From assembly GCF_963921235.1 (NCBI RefSeq), contig NC_086109.1:16866001-16930000 (forward strand): 64,000 bases of DNA, in the 5' to 3' direction. Origin of the DNA: Mobula hypostoma (taxonomy: Eukaryota). Of the stretch, positions 11,782-24,959 are shown piece after piece. The stretch's first letter is position 1; each line of letters opens with the position of its first letter. A program made the translations under genes and the position numbers. Below the pieces are notes generated by a model. It was not told the origin of the DNA and did not search any database. It saw only the letters and a program-made list of their open reading frames with translations.

Positions 11782-12884
11782 TGTTAATTTATCGAATGAA
11801 TACTGAAACATACAGTGTTTATCAACCAACATGACCTGGGGAAGTGCTGAGGGGCAGCTCACATATTCACCAACATAGCGTGCCCGCAATAGATAGTCTA
11901 TAATTTCAAAAATGATACATAGATATCAGCAAGTTCTGTAATAGTACTTGGTATATCTGAATCATAGGTTTAATATTTTCTTTTACTTCTGCAGCAAATA
12001 ACATTGATACATCAAAAGGAAGAGTTGTCCCGACGCATTTGGAATTTTGCCGAAAAAGGGGCAATTAATTTTATATAGAATGACATAAAATCTACATCAG
12101 AGAAGTCAACCATACAGCAATTTAGCTGATCCATGCAGTTTTTACGTTCCACACAAATCCCCTGTTATCCCTCTACATCTCTACCCATCAGTATAACATC
12201 ATTAAACTGAGCACTGTTCAGTGCAATGGAAAATGGTTGGCCAATGTTCACAGTGAATAAAAATACAAAAGGCAGCAATTGAAACTTTGAGCAAATCTGA
12301 CATGTAAGCCTTTTCTGTCCAATTATTGGGGTAACGTTTGCATTGGTAAAATTTGAATTTCAAGATTTCATTCAGCAATTTCTTTCATCCTAGTTAATTA
12401 AGAAACAAGTATGTCCTTAATCTGGGATTGGTCCAGATTTAGTGTTTCTTTACGTTCTAGATCCAATCAACAAGCACCTGACAAAAGCAGATAACAACTT
12501 CCAGCTTATATTCCTTCCACTCCCTACCCACCCCCTCACCAACCCCCCACACACATACCCAACCTTCTTATTCTGGCTTCTTCCTCCTTTGTCTCCTGTC
12601 TCGATGAAGGGTTTCTACCCAAAACACCGACATTTCTTTCCATAGGTGCTGCCTGACCTGCTGAGTTCCTCCAGCATTTTCTGCGTGTTACCCTAACAAA
12701 AGGCAATCTCTTGGGTTTACTAAGCTATTTTGCCTGGGCAAACAAAGTAAGACTGCTTATCATTGAATTATTTTTGTTTTTAACCATTGATATCACGTCC
12801 TATAATGGATTGGAATTCTGATCACAAATTATTATCTTCTTTGTTATTGTTTATAGATTTGGTTCTGGTTGTTAGGATGTCTTT

Positions 12885-13133
12885 TTTTTGTTTGGTGGTA
12901 ACACAGTAACAGGCTCTTCCAGCACAACAAGCCCACACCACCCAGTTACACCCATGTGAACAATTAACTCACTAAACCATAAGTTTTTGGAATGTGGGAG
13001 GAAACTGGAGCATCCGAGGAAACACACATGGTCACGGAGAGAACGTACAACCTCCTTACAGACATCAGCAGGAATTGAACCTTGGTCACTGACACTGCAA
13101 TGCCATATGCTAACCACTACACTACCATACCAC
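12885..13133 (-). mobile_element. tRNA-derived V-domain SINE (variant 3' end)
   Basis: gtgggaggaaactggagcatccg..gagagaacgtacaa..ggaattgaacc..ctaaccactacactacc. Confidence 0.75.
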
Positions 13134-13293
13134 CCAGCCTGTATGACCAGGTGTGATGTTAATTCCTGTAATTCTTCGCTCACTGAGTGATCACTTACTG
13201 CACTTCTAAAGTGACATAACATGAGAAGTGGGAGCAGAAAGTCATTGTCCCTTGGAACTGTTCGAACATTCATCAAGATCATGGCTGCTTATC

Positions 13294-13331
13294 TAGTTCT
13301 GATGAAGGGTCTCAGCCCAAAACGTCAACTG
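13294..13331 (+). ncRNA. Minimal type I hammerhead ribozyme motif (decayed) in a Penelope end
   Basis: tagtt-CTGATGA-a-ggg tctcag ccc-AAAA-cg-TC-aactg. Confidence 0.65.
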
Positions 13332-15454
13332 TGCTTCTTCCTATGGATGCTGTCTGGCCTGCTGTGTTTCACCAGCATTTTGTGTGTGTTGCTTATCTAT
13401 TATTTTCTGACCCTGTCCCTCTCATCCCTTGATTCCCTGAAGAATTAGAAATTTAATCCCAATATGTAGGAGCACAAACTTGAGAACACATTTGTTCCTT
13501 AATTTCTTGGAATGAAGGAAAATGATGAATGAAATCCTGAAGCTCAAACTTAATAAGCGCAAACCTTCTCCCAAATAATTGGATGGAAAGGGCTCACATT
13601 CCAGATTTGCTCCAAGTATCAACTGTTGCATTTTTATTCACAGTGAACTTTGCCCAATCAAACTTCAAAGCACATTTTATTCTCAAATTTCAAAGTACAT
13701 TTATATCAAAGTATGGATACATTATACAACCTTGGGATTCCACTCCTAACGGGTAGTCTCAAAACAAAGAAACCCCAAACAAAATATAATAAAAGAAAAC
13801 TGTCAAACACTCAAAGTGCAGAGAGAAAAAAAACAAATCATGCAAGCAATGAACGCAAGCAGTTAGCATTCTGAACTGAAGTCCACAAAGACAGTTCTGT
13901 CCACAGATCCTTTGTTCAGCACAGAGCGGAGCAGCGAACCCATCCTTCACCTCTGGTCCCGACACCCTGACCTTTTCAATCTGGCCTGGCACCTAAATAT
14001 TTGTCCAAACATCGGGTTCTGTCGCTTCAATCATTGTCAGTTGTACTGAATTAACTTAGTGACTGAGCCACCTAGCCAGATCCCAGTACCTCTAGTAGAA
14101 GCATCATCCCCTTCAGAATTAATCCTTAGCTGGTGAGGGGTTTCAGAAAAACGTAGCTACCTCTGGTAAGATAGCAGCATGCTCAGACACGGTGGCTTCC
14201 AAAGGTGTCAATGTCTTTTGTTAAACGTATTTTTAATGATTGTAAGAGGCTACGGGACATAAAGGACTTCAAGTATCGCAGGTCTACTCCATCAGCGAGT
14301 TGCTCGTTGATGGAGAAACTGTAGGAGCTGGATTTAGTGCGGACTGTGCTGCAGCCCGCTACAGAGAGGTATTGGAGTCAGTGTGCGAAGGCGGTGTGCG
14401 GTTGAACAGTGAGTGATTGTTTTTGTCACTTTTCTTGTGGTCGTAAAACTCTGATAATATGGGCTGCTGCAAGTGTGGTTTACTGTTTTATTGGTGAACG
14501 GTGGATGCATACAGCAGGGGAGCTGCATGGCTTCAGTTATAGTGAGGACCAGGCCTCAAGCTGCAGTGCCATCTGTTTGCAGCGTCCAGGACAGACACGT
14601 TGGAGTCAGTGCAGGAGGCACCAGTGCAGCTCTTCAGTGTTCACTCGACAGAAGATAAGCTGTATTCACTTTGGCTGCAGACTGCAACAACTTTCTTGGA
14701 CTCAGGGACTTAGACTATTTTTTTTTGTTTGTATGTATTTTACAGCTAACTTATATGTGCTGTATGTGCCTTGTGCTGGGTATGACTGTTGGTATTATGT
14801 TTTGTACCTTGGCCCTGGAGTAATGCTGCTTCATTTGTTTGTATTAATGTATGGTTAAATGACAATTAAACTTAAAGTTAAACTTTGCTTAAGCTATAAG
14901 CATGCAATTCCTGCTATGAGCCAAGTTTGATTTCACTGGCATTGAAGTTGGGAAGCTTATGGCTGGGGAAGGCGAAACAGTCTGAGATTGCTACTGCTGA
15001 TTATTATCTATTGATCTATGCGCATGTTACTGTTCGATGAGAGCAGGGACCAGAGTTGGCAATGATGTCCACCTACATTCACAGAGCAGCAGCAGCACGC
15101 TCTCCTTGAATATCCATCACAACTGACCACTCAGTCAAAATATCGGCATGCTATTACCAGCAGGGGCTGTCTCTTTATTATGACAAAAAAAAAATCAACA
15201 AAGGAAGACATTGTGGAGTTTTCAAAACTTGCCTGTTGGAGATGGATGCTGTTTGAAAAGAAATACAGCAGAAATTATCATCCTCCACAGAATCATTTTC
15301 CAAAGATAAATAAAGATGAGCAAGATTGTTCCAAAGATCTGAGTTTATTGATCAAGAAAGAAAAGGCTACAGTTACTCTATTAAGAGCTCTTCTTTGCAG
15401 TGAGACTGGCCACAACTTTCACAATTTTTAAGTATCATAATAACAAAAGAAGAG

Positions 15455-16570
15455 CAAATTGGAATAGGCCATCCAACCCCTGGAGCCTGCTTAACCATTC
15501 ATTAAGATCATGCTGATCTTTTAACTCCATGCTCTTTTCCTGTACTCAGATACCGTATTCATCTCTTGAGTGCCTCAATGTTAAAAAATGTATTGATTTC
15601 TGCCTTGAATATAATGAACTTAACCTCTGTAGATGTGAAAAAAATTCCAAAGTTTAGCTTTCTCCAATTTGAAGAAATTTCCTCTCATCACAATTTCGGA
15701 TTTTTAAACTTGGGATGGAGGGATGGAGGTTAGAAGGAGGGATGATGTTTCCATTGGCTAGGGTGTCTTCCTACTTTGATGACACCTAACCAGTAGGAAT
15801 ATTATCCCTTCATCTGACCTGTCAGGCCCCTTAAGAATTTTTTGTTTGAATAAGATCATTTCTCATTCTTCAGAACTTGAGGTTATTGTGCAAAATCTGT
15901 TTAATCTCCCCTCATAAAATTATCCCCCCATACTAACAATTAATCTGGTAAACCTTCATAACACTCACTGTACAAGGCATTCTGGGTACTAATTTAACAG
16001 GGCCTTGTGTAATTTTATTAAGCAATTTTACACTTGTATCAGATTCTGTGGCAATAAAGGCCATTTCCTCTACTAATTGGCTGTTATACCCAGATATTGA
16101 CTTCTAGTTATAGGTGTACAAAGACACTCAGGTCTCTCCAAACAGTCTTTTAATCCCTTGTCCTTTTACATGTTTTTTTCCCTCCCCAGTGGATGACTTC
16201 ACATTTTCCATATTATATTCTATCTATCGTGACTTTGCATGGCTTTTTCATTGTCCTCTCAAATCAGTGTCACCAGAAAACTTGGGTATGTTGCACTGAT
16301 AAGGGCTGGGAAGACTATAGCCCCACAAAGTTCCTGCAGTGACTCAACAGGCACCCAAGGAAAATATCTCACTTATTCCTCCTCTCTCTTCCCATTCCCA
16401 ATCCATTTGCCAATCTGTAGCCTGTGTCATTTTATTAACCCAATCCCACTTGTTCTAATTTTGTCTGATAACCTCTTGCATGGTAAATTACCAAAGGCCT
16501 ATCGACTATTCACATACAAAACACATTAATTGGCTCGCCCTATCTGTTGTACTATTACAACCTCAAAGGA
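15455..16570 (-). mobile_element. Old, heavily decayed CR1-like fragment
   Basis: Reverse-strand CR1 3' UTR and RT remnants (aattggaataggccatc, aatctggtaaacctt, ccaaaggcct). Confidence 0.5.
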
Positions 16571-16594
16571 CACTTACAGACTTGCTAAAAGCCT

Positions 16595-16965
16595 GAGATT
16601 CTGCAGATGCTGGAAATCCTGAGCAGCACACACAAAATACTGGAGGAAGAGGAACTCAGCAGGTCAGGCAGAGTCTATGGAGGACCATAAACAATTGATA
16701 TTTCTGGCTAAGACTCTTCATCAGGATTGGAAAGTAAAGGGGAAGGAGCCAGAATAAGAAGGGGGGAGAGGAGGTAGTACAAGGTGGCAGGTGATAGGTG
16801 AGATCAAATGAGCGAGAAGTGGGGTGGGATGAAATAAGCAGCTGTGAAGTGATAGGTGGAAGAGGTAAAGAGCCAAAGAAGAAGCAATCTAATAGGAGAG
16901 GACAGTGGACAATGGAAGGGAATGAAGGAGGAGGGGAACCAGGGAGAGTTGATAGGCAGTTGAGC
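16595..16965 (-). mobile_element. Penelope-like terminal repeat and UTR
   Basis: gattctgcagatgctggaaat...cttcatcagga, followed by a purine-rich tract. Confidence 0.68.
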
Positions 16966-16999
16966 TGAAGCATGTGCAAAAGAGGACAAACTGTTATAA

Positions 17000-17510
17000 A
17001 AATAATACTGACATATGTTGTAAAGAGCCCTTGAAAATGAGTCTGTAGAGTGCAGAATCCATTCAGAGTGGTGATGAATGAAGTTATCCATGCTAGTTCA
17101 GGAACCTGATGTTTAAAGGTTAGTAACAGTTTCCGAACCTGTGATGTGGGACATAAGGCTTCTGTACCTTCTTCTTGACAGTAATAGTGAGAAGAGGGCA
17201 TGGCCTGGATGGTGGGGGTCTTTGATGACGGGTGCAGCTTTCTTGTGGCAGTGCTCTATGTAAATGTGCTTAACGGTGGCAAGGGCTTTGCCTGTGATGG
17301 ACTGGGCTGAATCCATCACTTTCTTCAATCTCCTCCATTCCCGGACATCGGTGCTTCCGTATCAGGCCTTCATGCAAGCAGTTAAGATACTCTCCACTGT
17401 GCATTTATAAAAGTTTGTCAAAGTTTTTAGTGACATGAAAAATCAGTGCAAACTTCTGGGAAAGTGGAAGCGCTGTTGTAAGTTCTTTGAGACGACACTT
17501 ATGTGCTGGT
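17000..17510 (-). mobile_element. Rex1/Babar-like LINE fragment
   Basis: HCHKKAAPVIKDPHHPGHALFSLLLSRRRYRSL. Confidence 0.72.
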
Positions 17511-18194
17511 CCCAGCACTTCTTGTGATGCACAGAGGGGCAGGCAACAGAAGCATTCACTTGGTGTCATCAGGAAATATATGGTATTTTTCAATATAAGT
17601 GCAGACCTGAGCTATACAACCTCTCAACTCGATTATTAACACACAGACACTGCTAGAAAAGATAACTATTCTCAGGAGGGCATAAGGAGATTTTTTTTTA
17701 TCCAGTGCTGTGTGTGAAATGCACTGCCTGAAAGGATAGTGGAAGCACAATTCATAATAACTTTGAAATCAATATTATAAACTGAAAGCAATAGAGCTGT
17801 GAGTCTTAGTCTTTCAGAGAATGACCACAGTAATCTTGGGCTGAATATCCTCCTCTGGCTCTCAGAGTTTGAGCAGAATGACTTGCCACACTGGGTGAAA
17901 CATCAGCCCAGAGATTTCCTGCTATCTGTCCTTCTCTCCAACAGGCTAAGGAAGTTGATTCACTCTGTTGCTGGCAGAGATTTGATTTAAACACTGCTTG
18001 GGAAGATTCAACCCTGCTTATTGCAATGTCATACGAAAGCAGATTGCTTCCAACGGACAACTAGGGATGATATGAAATTCTCGCAAACAGCACCCACTAC
18101 CTAAAAATGAACAAGTATTCACTTCCTTTATAAAATCAGTTCAAACTCAGCCAACCCCAGAGCATTAAGTTGACAATTATCTTCAAGATCAAAT

Positions 18195-18690
18195 AATGTA
18201 GGAGGCGAAGGCTGAGACTTTTTCCCAGGGCAGAAATCGGAGGGCATAATTTTAAGGTGATCGGAGTAAAGTATAAGGTGGATGACAGAGGTAAGTTTCT
18301 TACACAGAGAGTGGTGGTAGAAGACAGAGTCATAAGGGTCATTTAAGTATCCCCTAGACAGGCACATGGAGGATGAAGAATATGGAGGGCATTGTGGAAC
18401 GAGAGTGTGGAACGAGCTGCTAGCACAAATGGTGCGGGCAAGCTCAATTTCAACGTTTGAACGAAGTTTGGGTGGATAATGGATGGTAGGGGTATGGAGG
18501 GCTATGGTCCCAATGCAGGTCGATGGGAGTAGGCAGTTTAAATGGCCAAAAGGCCTTTTACTGTGCTGTAGTTTTCTATGACTCTATGTAGGGGCGAAGG
18601 GTTAGATTGATCATAGGGTAGATGGAAAGGTTGCCACAACAACATGAGATGAAAGGCCTGTAATGTGCTGTAATGTTCTATGTTCTATGA
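18195..18690 (+). mobile_element. Two interleaved CR1 3' fragments
   Basis: tacacagagagtggtgg motif, with two separate ttctatg tails at about 18575 and 18680. Confidence 0.7.
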
Positions 18691-19310
18691 GACTTATGTC
18701 ACAGTGGTGAGTATTAACATCCCCTCTAGAGGACTAAAAGGAACCTGGCTCTGTAATTAGCGTTACTCCAGATGACCAGGCAGAATTTTGCATAAACACC
18801 ATTATTGCCTTTTACAGAAACAGTTCCCTTTCTGACACTAATAGTGCTCACCTTGACAACATAACCAGCGACAAGAAACACTAATTTTACTAGTGTGATT
18901 CAATTAGGTCTACTAAATATATCTGGGTGTTCTGAGGTTTGGGTGCACAATTTATACTTTAATTAGCTAATCTAATTCACACTTAACATCTGTAGAGATT
19001 AAGAAACCTTCCCCCGCCCCATGAATCTGTAAATGATACAACACACCAGGAAGCCCTTCAGCTCCTTGTAATAACACCAGAAATTTTTAATGCAAGTTCT
19101 TCTGCATTGCACTCTGTGATACAGTGCACCCAGCAGACAATAACTACAATAACAAGCATCAGGTGGCATCGTTATATCTCCTTAAAGACTAATCAGGGAT
19201 TTCTGTCCCAAAGAATAAGTGAATGTCTAGGGTCTGTCCCTTCTTCCCGACCTCAAGTGTCACATCAAGAGGGAAGCTTTGGAAAGAATGCAGAAGAGGT
19301 TCACCAAGAT

Positions 19311-19880
19311 CAGAATCAGAATCAGGTTTATTATCAGCAGCATGTGACGTGAAATTTGTTCACTTGTCAGCAGCAGTTCACTGCAACACATAATCCAGCA
19401 GGGAGAGAAAAAAAATAAATTAAATTAAACAATAATAACAATAATAAATAAGTCAGTTACAGTATACATATATTGAATAAATTTTAAAAAGTGTAAAAAC
19501 AGAAATACTGTATTTTTTTAAAAAGTGAGGTCGTGTCCAAAGATTCAATGTCCATTTCGGAATCGGATGGCAGAGGGGAAGAAGCCGTTCCTGAATCGCT
19601 GAGTGTGTGCCTTCAGGCTTCTGTACCTCCTGCCTGATGATAACAGTGAGAAAAGGGCATGTCCTGGGTGCTGGAGGTCCTTAATAATGGATGTTGCCTT
19701 TCTGAGACACCGCTCCCTGAAGATGTCCTGAGTACTTAGTAGGCTAGTACCCAAGATGGAGCTGACCAGATTTACAACCTTCTGCAGTTTTTTCACTCCT
19801 GTGCAGTAGCCCCTCCATAGCAGACAGTGATGCAGCCTGTCAGAATGCTTTCCACGGCACAACTATAGAAGTTTTTGAAG
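19311..19880 (-). mobile_element. Rex1/Babar-like LINE 3' fragment
   Basis: CLRKATSIIKDLQHPGHALFSLLSSGRRYRSLKAHTQRFRNGFFPSAIRF; (gattct)n tail. Confidence 0.8.
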
Positions 19881-20164
19881 ATTGCTTCCTTTGGTTTACT
19901 CCAGCTCAGAGTTAAAATGACCCAGTTATGCTTGTGATGTTCTGATTTCTTTTATTTAGTGGGTAAACTGATATGTGGAACTGACAGTTTAATCTGTAGA
20001 TTCAGCCATGTTGCCAATAATATGCCCGGCTGAACCGTTCAATGCTTAAAGCAGAGTTTCTGTAAATTCACCATGTACGAGGTTCAAATGGCAGTAGGGG
20101 TTAGTTCAGTAGAGAGCATGGGTAAATTGGAAGTGGAATGAAGTTGAGAGAACTAAGAGAGGCC

Positions 20165-20710
20165 CTCTGCTGTTCAGTGTCGACCATGGGAGTTGCACCC
20201 TAGCTGTCTATTCAGAAGCCAGTATGCAGTGCAGAGCAGTGTAAGCTGTTGTCCATATAGCAGGCTCCCCTTCTCCATGCAGGCAATGAATCCAAAGAAA
20301 CAACAGAGACACATACAGTTTGGCATCTGCGGCATGGCATGCCAGGATTTGCTAGTTACTGATGAACTCAATGTAGGACTGCCTGAGGGCTCTGGGGTTT
20401 GCTCCCGATGCCTTCCCCATGAGAGGGTATAGCTGCGAGGCAGCGGAAGTTTGAGATCAGAGTTTTCCCTCTCCTAGATGAGCTGCCATCTAAGGTTGAT
20501 GAGCCCCATCTGCCTGAAGCAACTGGTTTTGAGAGGCCAGTGACCTGCGTTTGCTCCTTCTCCTGCCAGTAGAAACATCTCCACAAGGCTTAATAGATAA
20601 GCCGTATGTGACAGCCAGGAGCTGGACAGTTGTTGGAGGCTAATTGAGATGCACACCACACTTAGCCCCACCAAACCCACCCACACCCCCAGCTACGACA
20701 ACCTTAAGGT
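20165..20710 (-). mobile_element. RTE/Expander-like 5'-UTR-derived element
   Basis: Minus strand ggcagatggggctcatcaacc..ggcagctcatctaggagagggaaaactctg resembles RTE 5' regions (recalled, not searched). Confidence 0.45.
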
Positions 20711-21641
20711 ACCAGAACTAAAACAAAAACAGAAAACCTAAATCTGCTGTGGGCCCTTCTACAACTTGCTTTTAATAATTTGATTTAGCATTTCTGCATT
20801 TTCAAAGAATGTTATCAGGAACTTTATTGATCAAAAACCCACTTGCTCTTTCACAATAAAGTTAGAAGAGATAACCAAAAACTCATGGTGGACAGGAAGG
20901 GATTCATTTAGGAAGCTCAAGGTCCGAAAGAAACCAGGGAACTGGTTGCAGGGATCAGCCCTGATCTACTGCACTTCCCGTTTACCTAAAGCAGGGTATT
21001 CCCACTGTTGGAAACCTCCTATAGAACAGGCTTTTGGTCAGTACATTTAACCTAGAGTTGGAAAACATATAAAATAGGAATCTAGGAATTCACCCATGGA
21101 CAATGGTGCTGACTGTGGAATGTGGCACCGCCTCCAGATTGTTCTCCACTTCCAGAATTCAATCCATTGATTCCCCAAATCCCAAGGCAAACGAACAGTA
21201 AAACAAAGGGAAAGGAAGTGATAAAAGGGTAAGTGGTCAATAGGGTGGAAGGCTGGTTAGATAAATGACAAAAAGAATGAGTGATATGAACTCAGTTTGG
21301 TATGTCTTCATTTCCTTTCTTTTCTTTCTATCTCTCTCTCTGGGAGCGAAGGATATGCCCAGCCTGACCTGCCAGGCATGTCTTCCTGTTCTGCATTTCA
21401 CAACTCCTACATTAGTCATACATTATTAAAGCACAGGAGTAGACCCTTCAGCCCATCTAGTCCATGCCAAGCTGCCCCATCAACCTGCACCTGGACCACA
21501 GCCCTCCAAACCTCTCCCACCCACGTTCTTATCCAAGCTTCTCTTAAATTTAGTAATCAAATCCGCATTCAGCACATCTGCTGGCAGCTCATTCCACGCT
21601 CACACCACCCATTTTTCTGCCTATGTTCTCACTCTCTAACG

Positions 21642-21723
21642 CAGGGGTCCCCAGCCTGGGGTCTACAGACTGCCCCGGTTAATGGTAGGGGGACAATGGC
21701 ATAAAAAAGTTTGGGAACCTCTG
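21642..21723. mobile_element. About 80-bp hAT-type MITE with 8-bp TSD
   Basis: ctctaacg|CAGGGGTCCCCAGCCT...TTTGGGAACCTCTG|ctctaact. Confidence 0.78.
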
Positions 21724-21889
21724 CTCTAACTGCTCCCATTTACTCACTGACAGATAGCCTTGTTTACAGTGGGACCCCATTGTCGCCCTGCTCTTATACA
21801 CCCACCTCCCCACAGCTTTACAAGCTTATTCTGTCTGCCTTTCAGTTCTGATGAAAGATATCTAACTGTGTTTCTCTTCCCACTGATAT

Positions 21890-22258
21890 GGCACAAACTC
21901 ATTGAAACCTATTGGGCATTGAAAGGTCTAGATGGAGTGGTCATGGAGAAGATGTTTCCTGTTGTCTAGAACTAGAGGGCACAGCCTCAAAATACCATGG
22001 TGTCCCTTTAGAACGGAGGTGAGGAGGAATTTCTTCAGCCAGAGGGTGGTGAATCTGTGGAATGCCATTGCACAGACAGCTATGGAGGCATTGGGTATAT
22101 TTAAGGTGGAGGCTGATAGGTTCTTGATTAGACTGGGTGTCAAAGGTTACGGGGAGAAGATAGGAGAATGGGGCTGAGAGGGATAATAAATCAGCCATGA
22201 TAGAGCAGACTCGATGGGCCAAATGGCCTAATTCTGCTCCCATGTCATATGGTCTTAC
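21890..22258 (+). mobile_element. CR1 3' fragment
   Basis: RTRGHSLKI..FFSQRVVNLWNA; tatggtctta tail. Confidence 0.82.
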
Positions 22259-22600
22259 AGACTTGTGGAATACTTACAGCACTTTCTGTTTTGTAAATGA
22301 AAGCCAAAATTTTATATTAATGGGACAAGTTAAAAAAAACAAAAGATGAAACAATAAACAATAGTATTATCTGAATTTATTGAACTTCATGTAGATTCTA
22401 GAGGAGTACAGTGCATCTAATTGTAGAACTTGCATTCATCTAGTTGCTGCAATTACCTTGGAGTGCAGGAGAAATATCCATTCAGTGTGCACTGATTGGC
22501 TCACGGGGAGCCAAAGCATGAAGCAGACCTTGCTCCCCTTCCATTACTTTCCATTATCTTTTGAGGTATCTGAAATCCTCCATCACCGAACCTGTTACCA

Positions 22601-22881
22601 GGGTGCCAAGTTGGTGTAGCGGTCGGCATGACACTGTTACTGCTTGGGGCACTCCAGGGCTCGGAGTTCAGATCCGACGCATCTGTAAGGAGTTTGTACG
22701 TTCTCTGTGACCGCGTGGGTTTTCTCTGGATGCTCTGGTTTCCTCCCACAGTTCTAAGACATAAGTTAATTGGTCATTGTAAATTGCTCTGTGGTTAGGC
22801 TAGGGTTAAGTAAGTGGGTTGCTCGGTGGTGCGGCTCGTTGGGTGCGCTGTGTCGCTGAATAAAATAAATAAATAAATAAA
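22601..22881 (+). mobile_element. tRNA-derived V-domain SINE
   Basis: Same family; the tail ends about 28 nt before the exon at 22910. Confidence 0.8.
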
Positions 22882-22909
22882 GTACAACTTATTTCTTTCT
22901 CTCACTTAG

Positions 22910-23015
22910 CCGGTGATGCTCGGACTCACTCTCCACACATTCGAATAAAATTTCCCTCAGAAACCTATGCCCTGGCTGGACAGTCCTTGAATCTGGAGTG
23001 CTTTGCCTTTGGAAA
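22910..23015 (+). CDS. CNTN2: Contactin-2 coding exon (Ig2-Ig3 linker and start of Ig3), phase 1 to 2
   Basis: Not in the ORF track. tttctctcacttag|CC GGT GAT...TTT GGA AA|gtaagt encodes (A)GDARTHSPHIRIKFPSETYALAGQSLNLECFAFG(N). Phases fit both neighbours. Confidence 0.92.
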
Positions 23016-23089
23016 GTAAGTGAACACGGTTTTTGTTCTGTAACTCGGAACGAGCTGGTTGACACGGTGTCAGCTGGGTACACAGGGTG

Positions 23090-24170
23090 CTGAAGAAGGC
23101 ACTTGTCATGTTGATCTTCATCAGTCAGGGCACTGAATATAGGAGTTGGGGCATTAGGTTGTAATTGTACAAGATGTTGGTGAGGCTACACATGTATAGC
23201 TTTGTTATCCTCTTATAGGAAAATTTTCATTATAAGAAAGAGTGCAAGGACCATTTCAAAGTTCAAAGTAAATTTATTATCAAAGTACATTTATGTTACC
23301 ATATACAACCCTGAGATTCATTTTCTTGCAGGCATTCACAGTAAATACAAAGAAACACCATAGAATCAATGAAAAAAAACACACACAATGAAAAACAACC
23401 AGTCTCCAAAAGGCAACAAAAATAATAATAATAATAATAATAAATAAATAACCAATAAATATTGAGAACATGAGATGAAGAGTCCTTGAAAGTGATCCCA
23501 TAGGTTGTGGGAGCAGTTCAACACTGGGGTGAGTAAAGTTATCCCCTCTGGCTCAAGAGACTAATGGTTTAGGGTTAATAACTGTTTCCGATCTTGGTGG
23601 TATGGCCTCCTTCATGATGGCAGCAGCAAGAACAGTGAATGGCCTGGATGGTGGTGGTCCTTGTTGATGGATGCTGCTATCTTGTGACACCTCTCCTTAC
23701 AGATGTGCTCAATGGTGGGAAGACTTTTACCCGTAATGGACTGATACCGAAAATGTTAGCAGGACTGAGTTATAGAGAGAGGGGTGGGCAGGCTTGGATT
23801 TTATTCCGAGAATGGGAATGACCTTACAGAGCTGTATAAAGTCATGAGGGGCATAGACAGCATGAACAAACACAGACTTTTTCCCAGGTAAAGGGTACCA
23901 AAAACTAGTGGACAGAGGTTTGGTGTGTGAGAGCAGAAAGATTTAAATGCGACGTGAAAATCAACTTCTTCACATGGAGGGTGGTGTGTATGTTGAATGA
24001 GGTACCAGAGAAAGTGGTTGAAGCAAGTACAACAATCACTTTTAAAATACATTTGTGCAAGTACATGGATGAGAAGGTTTAGAAGGATTTGGGCAAGTGG
24101 GACTGGCTTAGATGGGCATCAACAAGTATGATTTAAGCCGAAGGGTAGATTTCAATGTTGTATTGACCTA
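23090..24170 (+). mobile_element. CR1 3' fragment interrupted by a minus-strand Rex1-like fragment (about 23255-23745)
   Basis: ttgtacaagatgttggtgagg...gagtgcaagg breaks at aaagttcaaagtaaatttatt and resumes at ggactgagttatagagagagg. Confidence 0.7.
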
Positions 24171-24959
24171 TGGGTCTTATAAGTCAAGTTGGACTTAGAT
24201 TTGAGAAAGTAAACTTTCTAAGAAGCTGTGGAAAAACTAGAGGGAAAAGGAGTTAAAAGCCAAAAACTGCAGATAAAAACAGAAAGTGTAGGAAATACTC
24301 AAAAAGTCAGTCAAAATTTGTGCAGAGAGATAGAGAGTTGACATTTCAAGCCAAGGACCTTTCAACGAAACTGAAAATTTAGAATTTTATTATGGCTGTG
24401 TTTTAAGTTGCAGTGGAAGGGAGGGACAGCAACGTTATTGGTTGGAAAGCAAGGGGGAACAAATGGTGCAAAGTGGTGTTGATGGGAAAAGTTATACAAG
24501 AATCACATTGATATTTGCAGACCTTTTTGTAATTGGATTCATGATGTCATGAAGCTGGAGAGAGTACAGAAAAGATCCAACAGAATCTAACTGGGACTGG
24601 AGGGCTTGAGTTATTGGAGAGTGGAGAGACTGGGACAGTTTTCCCTGAAGAGTAGGAGGCTGAGGGGTGATCTTATAGAAGAATATAAAATCAGGAGGGG
24701 TATAGTTAAGGAGAATGGCCAATTATTTTGCTCCTGGTTCTTCTTCTTCTTCTTGGGCCCAAAGGCCATTGATGACCTCCTGTCTCCATCATCCAAAGTC
24801 AATGGTATGGTTGGAGTTCAGCAATGTTTCTGTCTGTAATTCATTGTATCCATTGTGCAGAGGATTGGACTGTAGAGATTCACCTGAGGCCTGTTGACTG
24901 GCCTTGCCTATTTCCACCTCTCACAATGGAAACATAGGGTTTGGTCTTTGAGAGGCATT

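Noticed and set aside
20540..20680. HDV-like ribozyme in the RTE-like 5' region (minus strand)
   Set aside because: Possible P1 (ggctaag/cttatct) and P2 (ctcctg/caggag) pairings exist, but P3, L3 and P1.1 could not be built, and a competing hairpin explains the same bases. A covariance-model search is needed.
23080..23097. REST/NRSE site near an exon of a neuronal gene
   Set aside because: Only the TTCAGCACC half is present (minus strand), with no GGACAG half at canonical spacing. The same applies at about 21104 and 10890.
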